Below are positions 4,821-5,284 of a stretch of 5,284 bases of DNA, one piece after another (the stretch's first letter is position 1; every line of letters starts with the position of its first letter). The DNA comes from a virus, in the IMG/VR virus record IMGVR_UViG_3300045988_004808, positions 1-5,284 of that record, one strand, 5' to 3'. The notes under the pieces were generated by a model, which did no database searches, had not been told where the DNA came from, and saw nothing but the letters and a program-made list of their open reading frames with translations. Position numbers and translations under genes: made by a program.

Positions 4821-5284
4821 TTGCCATGTTATCATCCTTTGCGGCGATGGTGGTGGGGTGAGACCGACCAAGACGGAAAGCAAATCAACGCCAAAATCAC
4901 AAGCTGGGAAGTTGATACTCTATTCGAAAGGCCGATAGGCTTTGGAAAAATCCGGGGGCAATGGTCATCGGAAGAATGGAGCGAGGAAATACCATGCGGC
5001 AAATGCATAGGATGCCGACTTGAGTATAGTAGACAATGGGCGAACCGCTGTATGCTGGAAGCACAAGAATGGCCGGAAAACTGGTTTATCACTCTGACAT
5101 ACGATGATGCACATTTACCATTCAAAGAACGCATCGACACCAAGACCGGCGAAATGATGGAAGAATTCACACCGTCATTATATCCGCCGGACATTACAAA
5201 GTTTATGAAAGACCTCCGGCGGTACTGGAAATACCATTACGGAGAACAGAACATAAGATTTTACGCTTGCGGCGAGTACGGAAG
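4821..5284 (+). CDS. VP4: Replication initiation protein (Rep/VP4), N-terminal part. It starts at TTG 4821 (MPCYHPLRRWWWGETDQ...) and continues through the window end and across the circular junction into 3..623.
   Basis: SD GGAAAGGAGGTG at 4803-4814 sits 8 nt before TTG 4821. The N-terminus MPCYHPL is the canonical Microviridae Rep start. FITLTYDD is HUH motif 1. The frame runs open to 5284 and matches the frame at window positions 3-623 after subtracting 5229. Confidence 0.85.
   Translation, partial: MPCYHPLRRWWWGETDQDGKQINAKITSWEVDTLFERPIGFGKIRGQWSSEEWSEEIPCGKCIGCRLEYSRQWANRCMLEAQEWPENWFITLTYDDAHLPFKERIDTKTGEMMEEFTPSLYPPDITKFMKDLRRYWKYHYGEQNIRFYACGEYG
5230..5284. repeat. Terminal redundancy right copy, identical to 1-55
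   Basis: A 55-nt exact match with the window start. Confidence 0.9.

Noticed and set aside
4826-4861. ATG at 4826 as the rep start
   Set aside because: It is out of frame with Rep and stops after 11 codons (MLSSFAAMVVG*). The TTG at 4821 gives the canonical MPCYHPL Rep N-terminus with proper SD spacing.
1-5284. 55-bp identical ends interpreted as terminal inverted or direct repeats of a transposon or IS element
   Set aside because: They are direct, lie inside a continuous rep reading frame, and simply reflect a circular genome linearised with overlap. No transposase, integrase or target-site duplication is present.
1-5284. CRISPR arrays, tRNA or other RNA genes, an integrase or att site
   Set aside because: There are no spaced direct repeats, no cloverleaf-compatible segments, and no tyrosine or serine recombinase ORF. 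The genome is fully accounted for by microvirus genes plus the lysis cassette.

Overview
The window holds one complete circular genome of a gokushovirus-like Microviridae ssDNA phage. Positions 1-55 repeat positions 5230-5284 exactly, so the unit length is 5229 bp and the window was cut inside the replication-initiator gene, which wraps across the junction. Every supportable gene lies on the + strand, which is A-rich and T-poor. That composition also explains the long antisense and alternative-frame ORFs in the track, which are spurious. The gene order is: Rep/VP4 (HUH endonuclease, TTG start, wraps around), a 37-aa basic J/ORF8-like DNA-binding protein that is missing from the ORF track, an 85-aa hypothetical protein, a small single-transmembrane holin-like ORF with no canonical start codon, an amidase_2 N-acetylmuramoyl-L-alanine amidase (PlyG/XlyA-like), the VP3 scaffold protein, the VP1 major capsid protein, and the VP2 minor capsid/pilot protein. 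Start and stop codons overlap as ATGA or abut as TAA-GTG along the gene string, and every gene has a strong GGAGG Shine-Dalgarno site. The intergenic DNA carries tandem GC-rich hairpins with a U-tract after rep. A perfect 17-bp hairpin and a 7-bp GC hairpin sit between VP2 and the rep ribosome-binding site. The most interesting feature is a Firmicutes-style holin-endolysin lysis cassette inside a microvirus. Microviruses normally lyse by single-gene inhibition of cell-wall synthesis, or have no identified lysis gene. Combined with the universal strong SD usage, the cassette suggests a Gram-positive (Firmicutes) host for a gokushovirus-like phage.
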